A DNA stretch of 64,000 nucleotides from a virus. The stretch spans positions 9,955 to 73,954 of the IMG/VR virus record IMGVR_UViG_3300021963_004264; one strand, given 5' to 3'. The notes under the pieces were generated by a model, which had not been told where the DNA came from, did no database searches, and was given only the letters and a program-made list of their open reading frames with translations. The first letter of the stretch is position 1. Each line of letters begins with the position of its first letter. Made by a program: the position numbers and the translations under genes. Shown in pieces: positions 1 to 9,404 of the stretch.

Positions 1-783
1 GCTGAACTACTAGGTGTTAAGATTAAGATCGGTGGTATGTGGCATGCCGGCAGTTATGATCCTGCAGACTTTTTAGGTAGATTGATTGGCAAAGCACCTT
101 GGGTGCGTCATGCAGAAATGAGTATGTATGAATGCTTCGACGATAATTTTTATGCCACAGATTTCCATATTGATATGTTTACAAATACATTCTGGAACGA
201 TGATAGAGATATCGATAGACAACTACTGCACAAGATTCGTAGAGTTGGTTGGCCTATGGAGTACTTAGAGCACAGTTTAGATGCTTATAAGAATTTAGAA
301 AAGAAAAACTTAATTCTTTTTCCACATAGACTTGCGCCAGAAAAACAAGTTGAAATTTTTGAAGATTTAGCAAAACATTTACCGCAGTATGATTTTGTTA
401 TTTGTCAAAATAAGAAATTAACAAAGCATGAATATCATACTTTACTAGGGCAGTCAAAGATGGTATTCTCTGCCAACTTGCAAGAAACATTAGGTATTAG
501 TTGGTATGAGGGGGTGCTTGTAGATGCTATTCCTTTGATACCGGATAGATTAAGTTACAGTGAAATGGCTATCGACAGTTTTAAATATCCGGCTGATTGG
601 ACTACAAATTACGAATCTTATTTAGAAAATAGAGAACATATTATTAATAAAATTATTCAACTAATGGATAATTACGATAGTTTAAAAAATGATTTAACAA
701 CACAAAGAGAGAAATTATCTAATGACTTCTTTAGTGGAAATGCGCTTTACGAAGTCTTAAGGAGTAGGCAACATGGCAAATAA
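1..783 (+). CDS. Glycosyltransferase, GT-B/GT4-like (5'-truncated by window edge)
   Basis: Frame is open from base 1 (AELLGVKIKIGGMWHAGSYDP...). GT-B C-terminal motifs FPHRLAPEKQ and QETLGISWYEG (E-x7-E type). Confidence 0.75.
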   Translation, partial: AELLGVKIKIGGMWHAGSYDPADFLGRLIGKAPWVRHAEMSMYECFDDNFYATDFHIDMFTNTFWNDDRDIDRQLLHKIRRVGWPMEYLEHSLDAYKNLEKKNLILFPHRLAPEKQVEIFEDLAKHLPQYDFVICQNKKLTKHEYHTLLGQSKMVFSANLQETLGISWYEGVLVDAIPLIPDRLSYSEMAIDSFKYPADWTTNYESYLENREHIINKIIQLMDNYDSLKNDLTTQREKLSNDFFSGNALYEVLRSRQHGK

Positions 784-1753
784 AGAAACACAAAAAACAG
801 TACTAGTTACAGGCGGCAGCGGATTTGTAGGCGGCATGGTATGTCGTTTGCTTGTTGATGCAGGTCATAATGTTATCAACGTTGATAGACGTAAAAAAGA
901 TATCGATGGTGTAACACAATATCCGTTTGATATTGATAATCATCAATTAAAGGGTGTTATTCAATTAACTAAACCTGATACTATTATGCACTTTGCCGCT
1001 GATCATGAAGTTGCAAGAAGCGTTGAAGATCCAGGTACATACTATTGGAACAATGTTGCTAACACAATTGCGTTACTTAACCAAGCTGTTAAGGCTGGAG
1101 TAAAGAATTTCGTATTCAGTAGTAGTAGCACAGTTTATGGGTTGGTTGATGTATTCCCAACTCCAGAACCCACAGATAGAGATCCTGTTTCTCCATATGG
1201 TAAAACAAAGAAGATGGTAGAAGACATTCTTGTTGATTATCATAAAGCATATGGATTAAATTTTGCGGCTTTGAGGTACTTTAACGCCGCAGGTGCTGAT
1301 CCATCTCTTAAACACGGCTATACACAAGATCCTGCCTCACACCTAGTACCTATCTTAGCTAGAGCCGCAATTGATAATTCAAAAGTACAAATTTTTGGCG
1401 ATGATTATCCTACTAACGACGGTACCGCTGAACGAGATTACACCCATGTATTTGATATTGCTACAGCACATTTGTCTGCTATGAATTATTTGCAAGATGG
1501 TGGCGACAGCGGAGCATTTAACATAGGCGCCGGCAATAGTGCATCTGTATTAGAAGTTGTTAATACATTTAATGCTGTTAACAATACTGATATTAAGTAT
1601 GAGGTTGTGTCACGCAGACCGGGAGATGTTGCTAAAACATATGCTGATATTACTAAAGCATCTGCGGCATTTGGTTGGTCGCCAATTTATAAATTAGATG
1701 ACATCGTTAAACATTCGTATGAATGGGAAAAGAAAGTTCAAAAGGTCAAATAA
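773..1753 (+). CDS. galE: UDP-glucose 4-epimerase
   Basis: TGGSGFVG Rossmann motif, FSSS, YGKTK (YxxxK), LRYFNAAGA, DGTAERDYTHV, RRPGD. Confidence 0.92.
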   Translation: MANKETQKTVLVTGGSGFVGGMVCRLLVDAGHNVINVDRRKKDIDGVTQYPFDIDNHQLKGVIQLTKPDTIMHFAADHEVARSVEDPGTYYWNNVANTIALLNQAVKAGVKNFVFSSSSTVYGLVDVFPTPEPTDRDPVSPYGKTKKMVEDILVDYHKAYGLNFAALRYFNAAGADPSLKHGYTQDPASHLVPILARAAIDNSKVQIFGDDYPTNDGTAERDYTHVFDIATAHLSAMNYLQDGGDSGAFNIGAGNSASVLEVVNTFNAVNNTDIKYEVVSRRPGDVAKTYADITKASAAFGWSPIYKLDDIVKHSYEWEKKVQKVK

Positions 1754-2212
1754 ATGCAAAAGTACGAATACCTTTCACACGAAGATATGAATGGTTATTA
1801 TGCTGATGTAATTCGCAAACTAGCCAAAGACAATATAAAGCCGGATGTAGTGTTTGCTCCTATGCGCGGCGGCGCCGATTTTGGAATTAAAGTAAGTAAT
1901 TACTACGACATTCCATTTGAATCTATACAGTGGCAGACACGCAGTGGCAATGAACGTAATGTAGAACAGCTACAGTACCTATTCAAAAAATATGATCAAC
2001 AGTGTATTTTAATTGTCGACGATATTTGTGATTCTGGTGCTACACTAAAAGAAATAGCAGAAGTAGCATTAACAATGGATCAAACAAATTTAATTTTTGC
2101 TGTTGCTATTGAAAACCTAGAAAGCCCATTTAGCTGTGATTACTCGTCTAGAGAAATTAGTCGTACAGAAGATACACAATGGTTCATTTTTCCATGGGAA
2201 AAATGGTGGTAA
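1754..2212 (+). CDS. Type I phosphoribosyltransferase (xanthine/guanine PRT-like)
   Basis: PMRGG loop, PRPP-binding ILIVDDICDSGATL, C-terminal WFIFPWE. Confidence 0.88.
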   Translation: MQKYEYLSHEDMNGYYADVIRKLAKDNIKPDVVFAPMRGGADFGIKVSNYYDIPFESIQWQTRSGNERNVEQLQYLFKKYDQQCILIVDDICDSGATLKEIAEVALTMDQTNLIFAVAIENLESPFSCDYSSREISRTEDTQWFIFPWEKWW

Positions 2213-2236
2213 ATTTTATTGTTTGCCTAAATAACA

Positions 2237-2265
2237 TTGACAAAACATATTTTTGTCTATATAAT
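2237..2265 (+). promoter_or_regulatory. Consensus sigma70 promoter for folE, with an inverted repeat across the spacer
   Basis: TTGACA 2237-2242, 17-bp spacer, TATAAT 2260-2265. GACAAAA-catat-TTTTGTC inverted repeat at 2239-2257. TAAATA at 2228-2233. Confidence 0.85.
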
Positions 2266-2307
2266 TAACTTACTAGACATCCACGTCTATAACTCGGAGA
2301 TTTTAAC

Positions 2308-3117
2308 TTGACACAAAAATTTAAACTTGATAATTTAATAAACGGAGATCAAAGAGAACCGTTTAGGATAGACGAGCATGTTACATTAGAAAAAGGCGCC
2401 GGCGATATGAGCGATAAAAATTACGATGAAGGCTATCTAGCAGATGCTATTCGCTTTAAAATGAGGCGCGATAACAAACGTTTCTGGGCAGGTGACAATG
2501 TCTCAGATTATGTTACAGAAGATATTAAGCATAAACTAATTGACGAAGCTACTGAAGCTTTCGAGTTAGTATTAGATCGATTACTTATTGACCGTGATAC
2601 CGATCCTAACAGTAAGGGTACTGCTCGTCGATTAGCTAAAATGTACTTTAATGAAATAATGGCAGGAAGATATGAACCAGCACCAGACGCAACAGCGTTT
2701 CCAAATGACTCGGCGGACCGTTACGAAGGTATGCTGGTTGTTCGCAGTGAGCTTCGCAGTATGTGTAGCCATCATCACCAACCCGTTACTGGCGTTGCTT
2801 ATATTGGTATTATTGCCGCCGAGAAACTTATCGGCCTCAGCAAGTACACCCGTATCGCCCAGTGGTGCGCTAGACGTGGAACTCTCCAGGAGGAACTTGC
2901 TAATGACATTGCTAGGGAAATCGAAAAGGCCACCGGAGCAAAAAACTTAGGTGTATATATTCAAGCAACACACGGTTGTTGTGAGAACCGAGGTATTATG
3001 GCACACAGTAGTTTAACACAGACTACTGTGCTTAAAGGTTCCTTCAAAGAAGATCCCGGCGCAAAGAAAGAGTTCTTTGACAACATTAAACTACAACAAG
3101 AATTTGCGCCAAGGTAA
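2308..3117 (+). CDS. folE: GTP cyclohydrolase I
   Basis: TARRLAKMY, Zn ligands SMCSHH and HGC, GLSKYTR, LQEEL, C-terminal EFF. GGAGA RBS 7 nt before the TTG start (ATG 2407 is an alternative start). Confidence 0.93.
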   Translation: MTQKFKLDNLINGDQREPFRIDEHVTLEKGAGDMSDKNYDEGYLADAIRFKMRRDNKRFWAGDNVSDYVTEDIKHKLIDEATEAFELVLDRLLIDRDTDPNSKGTARRLAKMYFNEIMAGRYEPAPDATAFPNDSADRYEGMLVVRSELRSMCSHHHQPVTGVAYIGIIAAEKLIGLSKYTRIAQWCARRGTLQEELANDIAREIEKATGAKNLGVYIQATHGCCENRGIMAHSSLTQTTVLKGSFKEDPGAKKEFFDNIKLQQEFAPR

Positions 3118-3120
3118 GTT

Positions 3121-3660
3121 ATGATTAAAACTAAAGGACCACATAACATCCACGTTATTGATAGAAATAACGTACCTATATCAGAAGTATGTGATTCAGT
3201 AGCTGATCATAAATCTATTGATTGGATTAAGAATAGATTTTTAGTTACTGATGACGAAGTGTTTGAATGCCTTGACACATATGTTGATCTAACAGACAAA
3301 ACACCATTTGTAATTAAGTTAAATTGTACTGCTGATCCCAACGGCTCAGATATTTACGGCATTGAGACAACTGAAATTAATGATAAAATGTATTTCAGTA
3401 TATTAAACTATGGCCGTATATTTTTTGAAGCTGACTGTTTGCAAGAACTGTTTACTTATTCTTTAAACTTAATTATTATCGAAGCAGTCCTAGATTTGAA
3501 GGATAGTACAGATAATGATCCTATGAGTATGCATAGTGTTGTATTAGATGCTTTTAGAGATTCATATGGTAACATCGATTCATCTAACATTACACATATT
3601 CTTGAGCAGTTAGATCATCAATCTTTAATGAGACAAATGAAACATGCAAAAACCAATTAA
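3121..3660 (+). CDS. Hypothetical protein, N-terminus weakly DUF433/HTH-like
   Basis: Packed between folE and queE. VPISEV..S.DWIKNRFLVTDDEVFECLDTY resembles the DUF433 pattern. Confidence 0.5.
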   Translation: MIKTKGPHNIHVIDRNNVPISEVCDSVADHKSIDWIKNRFLVTDDEVFECLDTYVDLTDKTPFVIKLNCTADPNGSDIYGIETTEINDKMYFSILNYGRIFFEADCLQELFTYSLNLIIIEAVLDLKDSTDNDPMSMHSVVLDAFRDSYGNIDSSNITHILEQLDHQSLMRQMKHAKTN

Positions 3661-4534
3661 ATACAGCGAACTATTCTATAGTGCTCAAGGCGAAGGAAAA
3701 TATGTAGGTATTCCTAGTCTTTGGCTAAGATTTTTCCTTTGCAATTTACAGTGTAACGGGTTCGGTCAATGCGATCCAACAAATCCTGATACATATGAAT
3801 TGCCGTTTGAAACAGTTGATATTAGCAATATCAAACGTGTTGAGGATTTGCCTGTTTTTGAAAAGGGATGCGATAGCAGTTATACTTGGAGTAAACGCTA
3901 CAGCCACCTTATTACAGAGCGTAGTGTCGAAGAAACTGTTGATAATCTAACAGCACTATTACCAAACGGGACCTTTCAACATCCTAAGAGTTCTCAATGG
4001 GCGCATATGGTGTTTACTGGTGGCGAGCCTATGCTTAAGAAGTCTCAGGAAGGCATGATTGCTATTCTCAATGAGTTTGGTCGTAGACTTAACATGCCTA
4101 AGAATATCACAGTTGAAACTAATGGCACACAACCACTTACACCTGAATTAGAACAGTTTATCACTGAATACTTTTGGAAGTATGGTGGAGATTGGTACTG
4201 GAGCGTAAGTCCTAAACTCTGGAGTACAGCAGGCGAGAAGCACAACAGGGCTATCAAGCCAGATGTTCTTGCCTCATATGATCGTGTATCAAAGCACGGA
4301 CAATTAAAGTTTGTTGTAAATGGTAGCAAGGAGAGCTGGCGGGAAGTAGAAGAAAATACGAAAATATTTCGTGATGCAGGCTGTAACTTTCCAGTATGGA
4401 TTATGGGTGTTGGTGGTACGTTAGAAGGCCTCAAAATTACAGAAGCCATGATTGCAGACGAAGCAATACAGCGTGGGTATAACTATACAAGTCGTGTACA
4501 TGTACACATTTATGGTAATGCAATTGGAAAATAA
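3644..4534 (+). CDS. queE: 7-carboxy-7-deazaguanine synthase (radical SAM)
   Basis: ELFYSAQGEG, LRFFLCNLQC...GCDS, FTGGEPML, ETNGT, SVSPKL, LKFVV, RVHVHIYGN; close to folE. Confidence 0.9.
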   Translation: MQKPIKYSELFYSAQGEGKYVGIPSLWLRFFLCNLQCNGFGQCDPTNPDTYELPFETVDISNIKRVEDLPVFEKGCDSSYTWSKRYSHLITERSVEETVDNLTALLPNGTFQHPKSSQWAHMVFTGGEPMLKKSQEGMIAILNEFGRRLNMPKNITVETNGTQPLTPELEQFITEYFWKYGGDWYWSVSPKLWSTAGEKHNRAIKPDVLASYDRVSKHGQLKFVVNGSKESWREVEENTKIFRDAGCNFPVWIMGVGGTLEGLKITEAMIADEAIQRGYNYTSRVHVHIYGNAIGK

Positions 4535-5096
4535 ACAATATAAAGTTTTTGAAAATTTATTTTCTAGTAATACTCTTAATATAATAGAGTCTTACGCTAA
4601 ATTGCTACCAGGTGATAAAAGTAGCTACAATGTATGGCCTTCGGAAGCAACAAATAATAATACAGCGCCAGAATGTTTTACATGCGATATTTTAGGTAAA
4701 GATAGATTAGAAATTATCAATGAATTATATAATAATTCTACATTACCATGCTATAAAAAAAGTTGGTTAAAAGATTGCGATATTGCAGTTCAAAAATTAC
4801 CTATAGGCGGATATATACCTAAGCATACAGATCATTGTATTTTTAGCTTAACAGTATTTTTGTCAGCGCCGGTTGGCGGAGAGTTTGTTTGGTGGGACGA
4901 AAGCAATAACGAGCATGTTGTTACTCCTAAAGTTAACAATGCAGTAATTGCATGTTATGAAAATTTTATTAGGGGTGCAAGTCACGAAGTTCGAAAAGTT
5001 AAGGATGATGTAAGATTTACATTGCAACTTTTTGTGTTTGATAAAAAAGAAAGAACAGCAGATAAATCTGTTGTTTGGGATATAGAGGAATCATAA
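4512..5096 (+). CDS. 2OG-Fe(II) oxygenase
   Basis: HTD (HxD), GGEF, distal H (SHEV), RFTLQ; start refined to ATG 4512/4518. Confidence 0.75.
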   Translation: MVMQLENKQYKVFENLFSSNTLNIIESYAKLLPGDKSSYNVWPSEATNNNTAPECFTCDILGKDRLEIINELYNNSTLPCYKKSWLKDCDIAVQKLPIGGYIPKHTDHCIFSLTVFLSAPVGGEFVWWDESNNEHVVTPKVNNAVIACYENFIRGASHEVRKVKDDVRFTLQLFVFDKKERTADKSVVWDIEES

Positions 5097-5098
5097 AA

Positions 5099-5587
5099 AT
5101 GAAAATACCATTTTGGATGCTACCTGCTAGTTGGGGGCTAAAAGGAAAAACTAGAGAAATTGCCGAAGCTGAATATTATCACGAAGGGCAAGAACTTGAG
5201 GAAAAACTAGCAGAAATTAATGCTACTACACCTGAAGAAAAAGAAATTGCTAAATTAGCAGTTAAGCTCAAACATGAAGAAATTAGTCAAGATGCTTATG
5301 ATAAAGCAGTTGCAACAATTAAAAAAGAACCTTGGGTTAATGTAGTTAAAATGGGTGTAAATCCAACTAATGTTACTCAAGGATTCTTTGAACTTGATTG
5401 GAACGAAGAATTTATTGTTATGCTACAAGAAGCAGGCATTGAAGGTATGAGTGATGAAGAAATCGTTAACAAATGGTTCAACGGTGTATGCAAAACTGTA
5501 CTACTGCAAGAAAAAGCAGATTTAGATTTTGGATTGGAAGAGGCGGCTCGAGAAGATGTCCAGTACACAAGAAAGAGCCAAGATTAA
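5099..5587 (+). CDS. Hypothetical phage protein
   Basis: ATG 5099 with GAGG RBS; FELDWNEEF motif. Confidence 0.7.
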   Translation: MKIPFWMLPASWGLKGKTREIAEAEYYHEGQELEEKLAEINATTPEEKEIAKLAVKLKHEEISQDAYDKAVATIKKEPWVNVVKMGVNPTNVTQGFFELDWNEEFIVMLQEAGIEGMSDEEIVNKWFNGVCKTVLLQEKADLDFGLEEAAREDVQYTRKSQD

Positions 5588-5789
5588 ATTGGCACACCTC
5601 ATGGCAGAGGTGCAACCAATTATTGATAAACATATCTCCGATTTAAGTTCTCCGGAGATAGATTATATCTTGACAAATTATCGAAAGTATCTTAAAATAG
5701 ACATAGAGAGAGACTTAGAAAAGGCAAGAACTACTAAGTTAACTTCAAGTCCGTTAGATGATATTTTAAATGGTGAGATAAATGGCTAA
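5556..5789 (+). CDS. Hypothetical protein
   Basis: ATG 5556; overlaps both neighbours, operon-like packing. Confidence 0.55.
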   Translation: MSSTQERAKIKLAHLMAEVQPIIDKHISDLSSPEIDYILTNYRKYLKIDIERDLEKARTTKLTSSPLDDILNGEING

Positions 5790-6792
5790 TTATATTCTAG
5801 TTGATACACTTAATATGTTTTTCCGTGCCAAGCATGTAGGCGGTGGCAAGGACATTGACATGCGTGTAGGCATGGCGATGCATATTATGTTTAATAGTGT
5901 TAAGAAGGCTTGGCGAGACTTTAATGGAGATCACGTCGTGTTCTGCCTCGAAGGTCGTAGCTGGCGTAAGGACTTTTATCCGCAGTATAAAGCTAACCGT
6001 AAAGTAATTGCAGATAAACGTAGTCCTAGAGAAATTGAAGACGATGCATTGTTCTTTGAAGCATACGAAGACATTGTTAAATACTTTAACGATAAGACTA
6101 ATTGTAGTGTTATTCGTTGCCCTAACGCAGAAGCCGATGATCTTATTGCTACATGGATACAAACACACCCAGATGATAACCATATTATTGTCAGCACAGA
6201 CAGTGATTTTTACCAGTTATTGGCACATAACGTAAAACAGTATAACGGTACTACAGATGAGATTGTTGCGTTAGAAGGTGTCACGAATGCTAAAACTGGT
6301 AAAGCTGTGATTGATAAAAAGACTGGCAAGCCTAAGAGTGTAGGTGACCCTGCGTTTATTTTGTTTGAGAAATGTGTACGCGGTGATCCTACAGATAACG
6401 TCTTTAGTGCGTTTCCTGGTGCACGACTAAAGGGTACTAAGAACAAGACTGGTATTACAGAAGCGTTTGAAGACCGTGAACGTGGCGGATATAATTTCAA
6501 CAACTTCATGCTACAGCGTTGGGTTGACCATGAGGATGTAGAGCATCGTGTGCGCGATGACTATGACCGTAATCGCATACTCATTGATCTTACTGCACAA
6601 CCCGATGACGTTAAAGAAGCATGTCGAACTATTATACGCGATGCCGTCAATAAACCTCATGTAGGGCAAGTCGGTATTCACTTTATGAAGTTTTGTTCAA
6701 AGTGGAATATGCAACGACTTAGTGAGAATCCAACCGAGTTTGCAGAAATACTGGGTAAAGGAATAACTGATTCTAAAATGGTAGATGCATGA
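5782..6792 (+). CDS. rnh: T4-type RNase H / 5'-3' flap exonuclease
   Basis: ILVDTLN, SWRKDFYPQYKANR, EADDLIA, STDSDFYQL, GDPTDNV, RNRILIDL. Confidence 0.92.
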   Translation: MANYILVDTLNMFFRAKHVGGGKDIDMRVGMAMHIMFNSVKKAWRDFNGDHVVFCLEGRSWRKDFYPQYKANRKVIADKRSPREIEDDALFFEAYEDIVKYFNDKTNCSVIRCPNAEADDLIATWIQTHPDDNHIIVSTDSDFYQLLAHNVKQYNGTTDEIVALEGVTNAKTGKAVIDKKTGKPKSVGDPAFILFEKCVRGDPTDNVFSAFPGARLKGTKNKTGITEAFEDRERGGYNFNNFMLQRWVDHEDVEHRVRDDYDRNRILIDLTAQPDDVKEACRTIIRDAVNKPHVGQVGIHFMKFCSKWNMQRLSENPTEFAEILGKGITDSKMVDA

Positions 6793-7835
6793 TAGTCGAA
6801 CACTACGGCGACCCTTATTCAGCTATTACACAAACCCTTGGCCAATTGTCATGTCAAAATATCGACCCTTTGAAAAGAGTTGGTATTATAAATTGGTGGT
6901 GGTTAAATAACGATGAAAGTATGTTAGACAATCTAAAATCTTTTGTCGAACGTCAAGATATATGTTTTTTTCTAAGCGAAGAAATTTTTGGTAAATTTTC
7001 TAATATAGATATAAATGATGTTTTTACATTGCTTAATAAGTATAATGTTTACTATATTTTATTTTCTGAGGACAATACACTTTCTGTAAAACCTCTAGAT
7101 AGTAAATCTTTTTACTCTCCGTGGTTCTATAAATCCCCATTGTTTGTACCATCTACTTTTCGACCGGATATAATTTATAGAGAAAAACCTTACGTATTTA
7201 ATTTAATGTTAGGATCTAAAAAATCTTATCGAACACTAAGTTTTAAATATCTAAAAGACAATAATAAAATTTATTCCTCTTACCTAGGCCATCCTCAATT
7301 TAAAAACGATTCTTCAACATTTTTAGACGATGAAGATATACAGCATAACTTAATTAATCAAAATGTTGAAGTTGAAAAACTCAATACTATGAATCAAGTG
7401 AAAAGAGAAAATCAACAATGTACTATATCACATGTCATCCCAGAAAGAATATATACAAATACTCATTTTGATATTGTTACCGAAACTTTTGTAAAAAACG
7501 ATCACAATTTTCTCACTGAAAAAACAGCAAAGCCTCTAGCCACAGGAAGATTTTTTTGTTGGTATGCATCCCGAGCACTTACATCATATTTAGGACGATA
7601 TGGGTTTGACTTTACTAACTATCCAGCTGATTATGATAATATATCCAACGATGTAGATAGATTTGATTCATTTTTAAGTGTTGTTGAGGAGATAACTTCA
7701 AGTCAGTCACTGTTAGAAGATATCTATGAAAAGACTATGCAATCTAGAAGACATAATATGAGTGTTTACTGGAAAGGTAGAAAAAAAATTTATAATAATT
7801 TATATAGCTGGATGTTAGAATGCATTCAGACGTAA
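6789..7835 (+). CDS. Putative glycosyltransferase (GT10-like TEK motif family)
   Basis: IVTET...FLTEKTAKPLATG...GFDF...YDNI..D.DR; paralogue of 30119..31321 and 33870..35009. Confidence 0.5.
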   Translation: MIVEHYGDPYSAITQTLGQLSCQNIDPLKRVGIINWWWLNNDESMLDNLKSFVERQDICFFLSEEIFGKFSNIDINDVFTLLNKYNVYYILFSEDNTLSVKPLDSKSFYSPWFYKSPLFVPSTFRPDIIYREKPYVFNLMLGSKKSYRTLSFKYLKDNNKIYSSYLGHPQFKNDSSTFLDDEDIQHNLINQNVEVEKLNTMNQVKRENQQCTISHVIPERIYTNTHFDIVTETFVKNDHNFLTEKTAKPLATGRFFCWYASRALTSYLGRYGFDFTNYPADYDNISNDVDRFDSFLSVVEEITSSQSLLEDIYEKTMQSRRHNMSVYWKGRKKIYNNLYSWMLECIQT

Positions 7836-8053
7836 CTAAATGGACCGAAACTGAAAAAGCGTTTTGGATTTTAGAACACGGCGAGCCTGACTATGCTTGG
7901 ATATTTGAACGCAACGGTGATATAGTTTATCGCAGACCGTTTGCCGCACCAGGATCAAAATTGCCTCCATGGGTAAGCACAGAAAGAGAAGAAGTAACTA
8001 ACAAACTTGTTGGAAAACAAATTGATTTAATTATACTGGATGAAATGAAATGA
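7820..8053 (+). CDS. Hypothetical protein
   Basis: Overlaps neighbours; IFERNGDIVYRR motif. Confidence 0.6.
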   Translation: MHSDVTKWTETEKAFWILEHGEPDYAWIFERNGDIVYRRPFAAPGSKLPPWVSTEREEVTNKLVGKQIDLIILDEMK

Positions 8054-8352
8054 ATGTAATTACTAAAGAAGAGCACCCGTTTGATACCGAGCAAGGAAAA
8101 ACTTGGTTACGAGATATGCTACACATGGGTCCTATGACTGTAACATTTACCAAAAAGGATGGTGAAGAACGTGTAATGACTTGCACGTTAAAAGAGGTTG
8201 ATATTCCCATTGAATCGCGCCCTAAAGTGTTAGCTGAAGGCGAAACACCTAAAAAACGTAACGATAACACTATTAGTGTTTGGGATTTGAACGCAAATGG
8301 CTGGCGCAGTTTTGTACTAGCTAACGTAAAAAGAGTTGAATTTTCTCTGTGA
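8050..8352 (+). CDS. WYL_2/DUF2693-like SH3-fold protein
   Basis: VTFTKKDGEERVMTCTL...VWDLNANGWRSF. Confidence 0.7.
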   Translation: MNVITKEEHPFDTEQGKTWLRDMLHMGPMTVTFTKKDGEERVMTCTLKEVDIPIESRPKVLAEGETPKKRNDNTISVWDLNANGWRSFVLANVKRVEFSL

Positions 8353-8906
8353 TAAATAATATCACAGAACAACACATGGATAACATTATGACACACGAAA
8401 AAGCAGTTCTACAACAAATATCAGATGTAGCATGGTTAGTACACCAAGGGCCTAGCAAACTAGGCATTCTTAACAAAGATGTACAAGAACACTACACATA
8501 CATCACTGGTAAAGAATTAGTAAAATTTAACGACCAAGATGCAGTAGTTGAACATTTTGGAAATTTAAAACTATTCACCGAAATTGTTAATGTACCTACT
8601 CAGACCTCCGAAAAGATTTTTATTAAAGGTTTTGAAGTAGACCACGAAAATCCTATTATTATCGACTCTACTCACCCAGATTTCCGAGATGACTTACCTA
8701 TCTATGCAAAAGTAGAGGGTAAAGGAATTTACTATGCAGCCGGATATTATTGCATTCAGTTTGAAAAAGGTTGGAAAAAGTCTCACGGTCCAAAACTAGC
8801 AACACTGCTCAGATATGGATACGAAGGCCCATATAAAACAGAAATAGAAATGCGTCAGCGTCTAAAAGAATTAAACAAGAAAAAGCGAAAGAATGACAGA
8901 GCGTGA
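8349..8906 (+). CDS. Hypothetical phage protein
   Basis: Long ORF in operon; YYAAGYY...PKLATL.RY.YEGPYKT. Confidence 0.7.
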   Translation: MINNITEQHMDNIMTHEKAVLQQISDVAWLVHQGPSKLGILNKDVQEHYTYITGKELVKFNDQDAVVEHFGNLKLFTEIVNVPTQTSEKIFIKGFEVDHENPIIIDSTHPDFRDDLPIYAKVEGKGIYYAAGYYCIQFEKGWKKSHGPKLATLLRYGYEGPYKTEIEMRQRLKELNKKKRKNDRA

Positions 8907-9087
8907 AAAGTTAATTTTGCACTTGCAAAATCTTGCTAAATCTAAGACAAAGAGTGCAACATTCGATGTTTTGTTTTTACTTGGTGTTTTAAATGCGCTA
9001 CCTAAAGAACAACCCAAACCAATTGTACCAAGATTTGATAAAATTGGGCTCGACGTAGACGGCGGCAGTTTTAGCGATGCAGACTGA
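8893..9087 (+). CDS. Hypothetical protein
   Basis: Overlapping packing; ends DVDGGSF. Confidence 0.55.
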   Translation: MTEREKLILHLQNLAKSKTKSATFDVLFLLGVLNALPKEQPKPIVPRFDKIGLDVDGGSFSDAD

Positions 9088-9346
9088 ATCGAGTTCGCGC
9101 GAAGGATGCGGGTATAACGCAATATTTAGATATCAATGGCATACTAATACTAATGCGCTTCCTATGCATGTTATTGGTATGATTGATCGAATAACGGAAA
9201 ATCGTAGATGGGGTTGGACTTTTAAACCACATAAGAATATGGACTACCATAGGACAGATTGGTATAAAGATCAAACACTAATAATAACGTTTGAAGATCA
9301 AACTGATCTAATACAAACTAAGTTAGAGCTTGCACACTTGCTTTAA
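9077..9346 (+). CDS. Hypothetical protein
   Basis: ORF in operon, overlaps upstream gene. Confidence 0.55.
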   Translation: MQTESSSREGCGYNAIFRYQWHTNTNALPMHVIGMIDRITENRRWGWTFKPHKNMDYHRTDWYKDQTLIITFEDQTDLIQTKLELAHLL

Positions 9347-9376
9347 TTAACAGATACTTTAATTGGCTTAAAATGA

Positions 9377-9404
9377 TAAATATGTGTAAGGAGACACACA
9401 TATG
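9377..9404 (+). promoter_or_regulatory. Late-type promoter (TAAATA) with start-codon-occluding hairpin
   Basis: TAAATA 9377-9382; ATATGTGT (9380-87) pairs with ACACATAT (9396-9403); AAGGAG lies in the loop. Confidence 0.7.

Noticed and set aside
2272-2310. Canonical preQ1-I or THF-II riboswitch call
   Set aside because: Loop too short, no A-rich tail or consensus match; kept only as a candidate novel element
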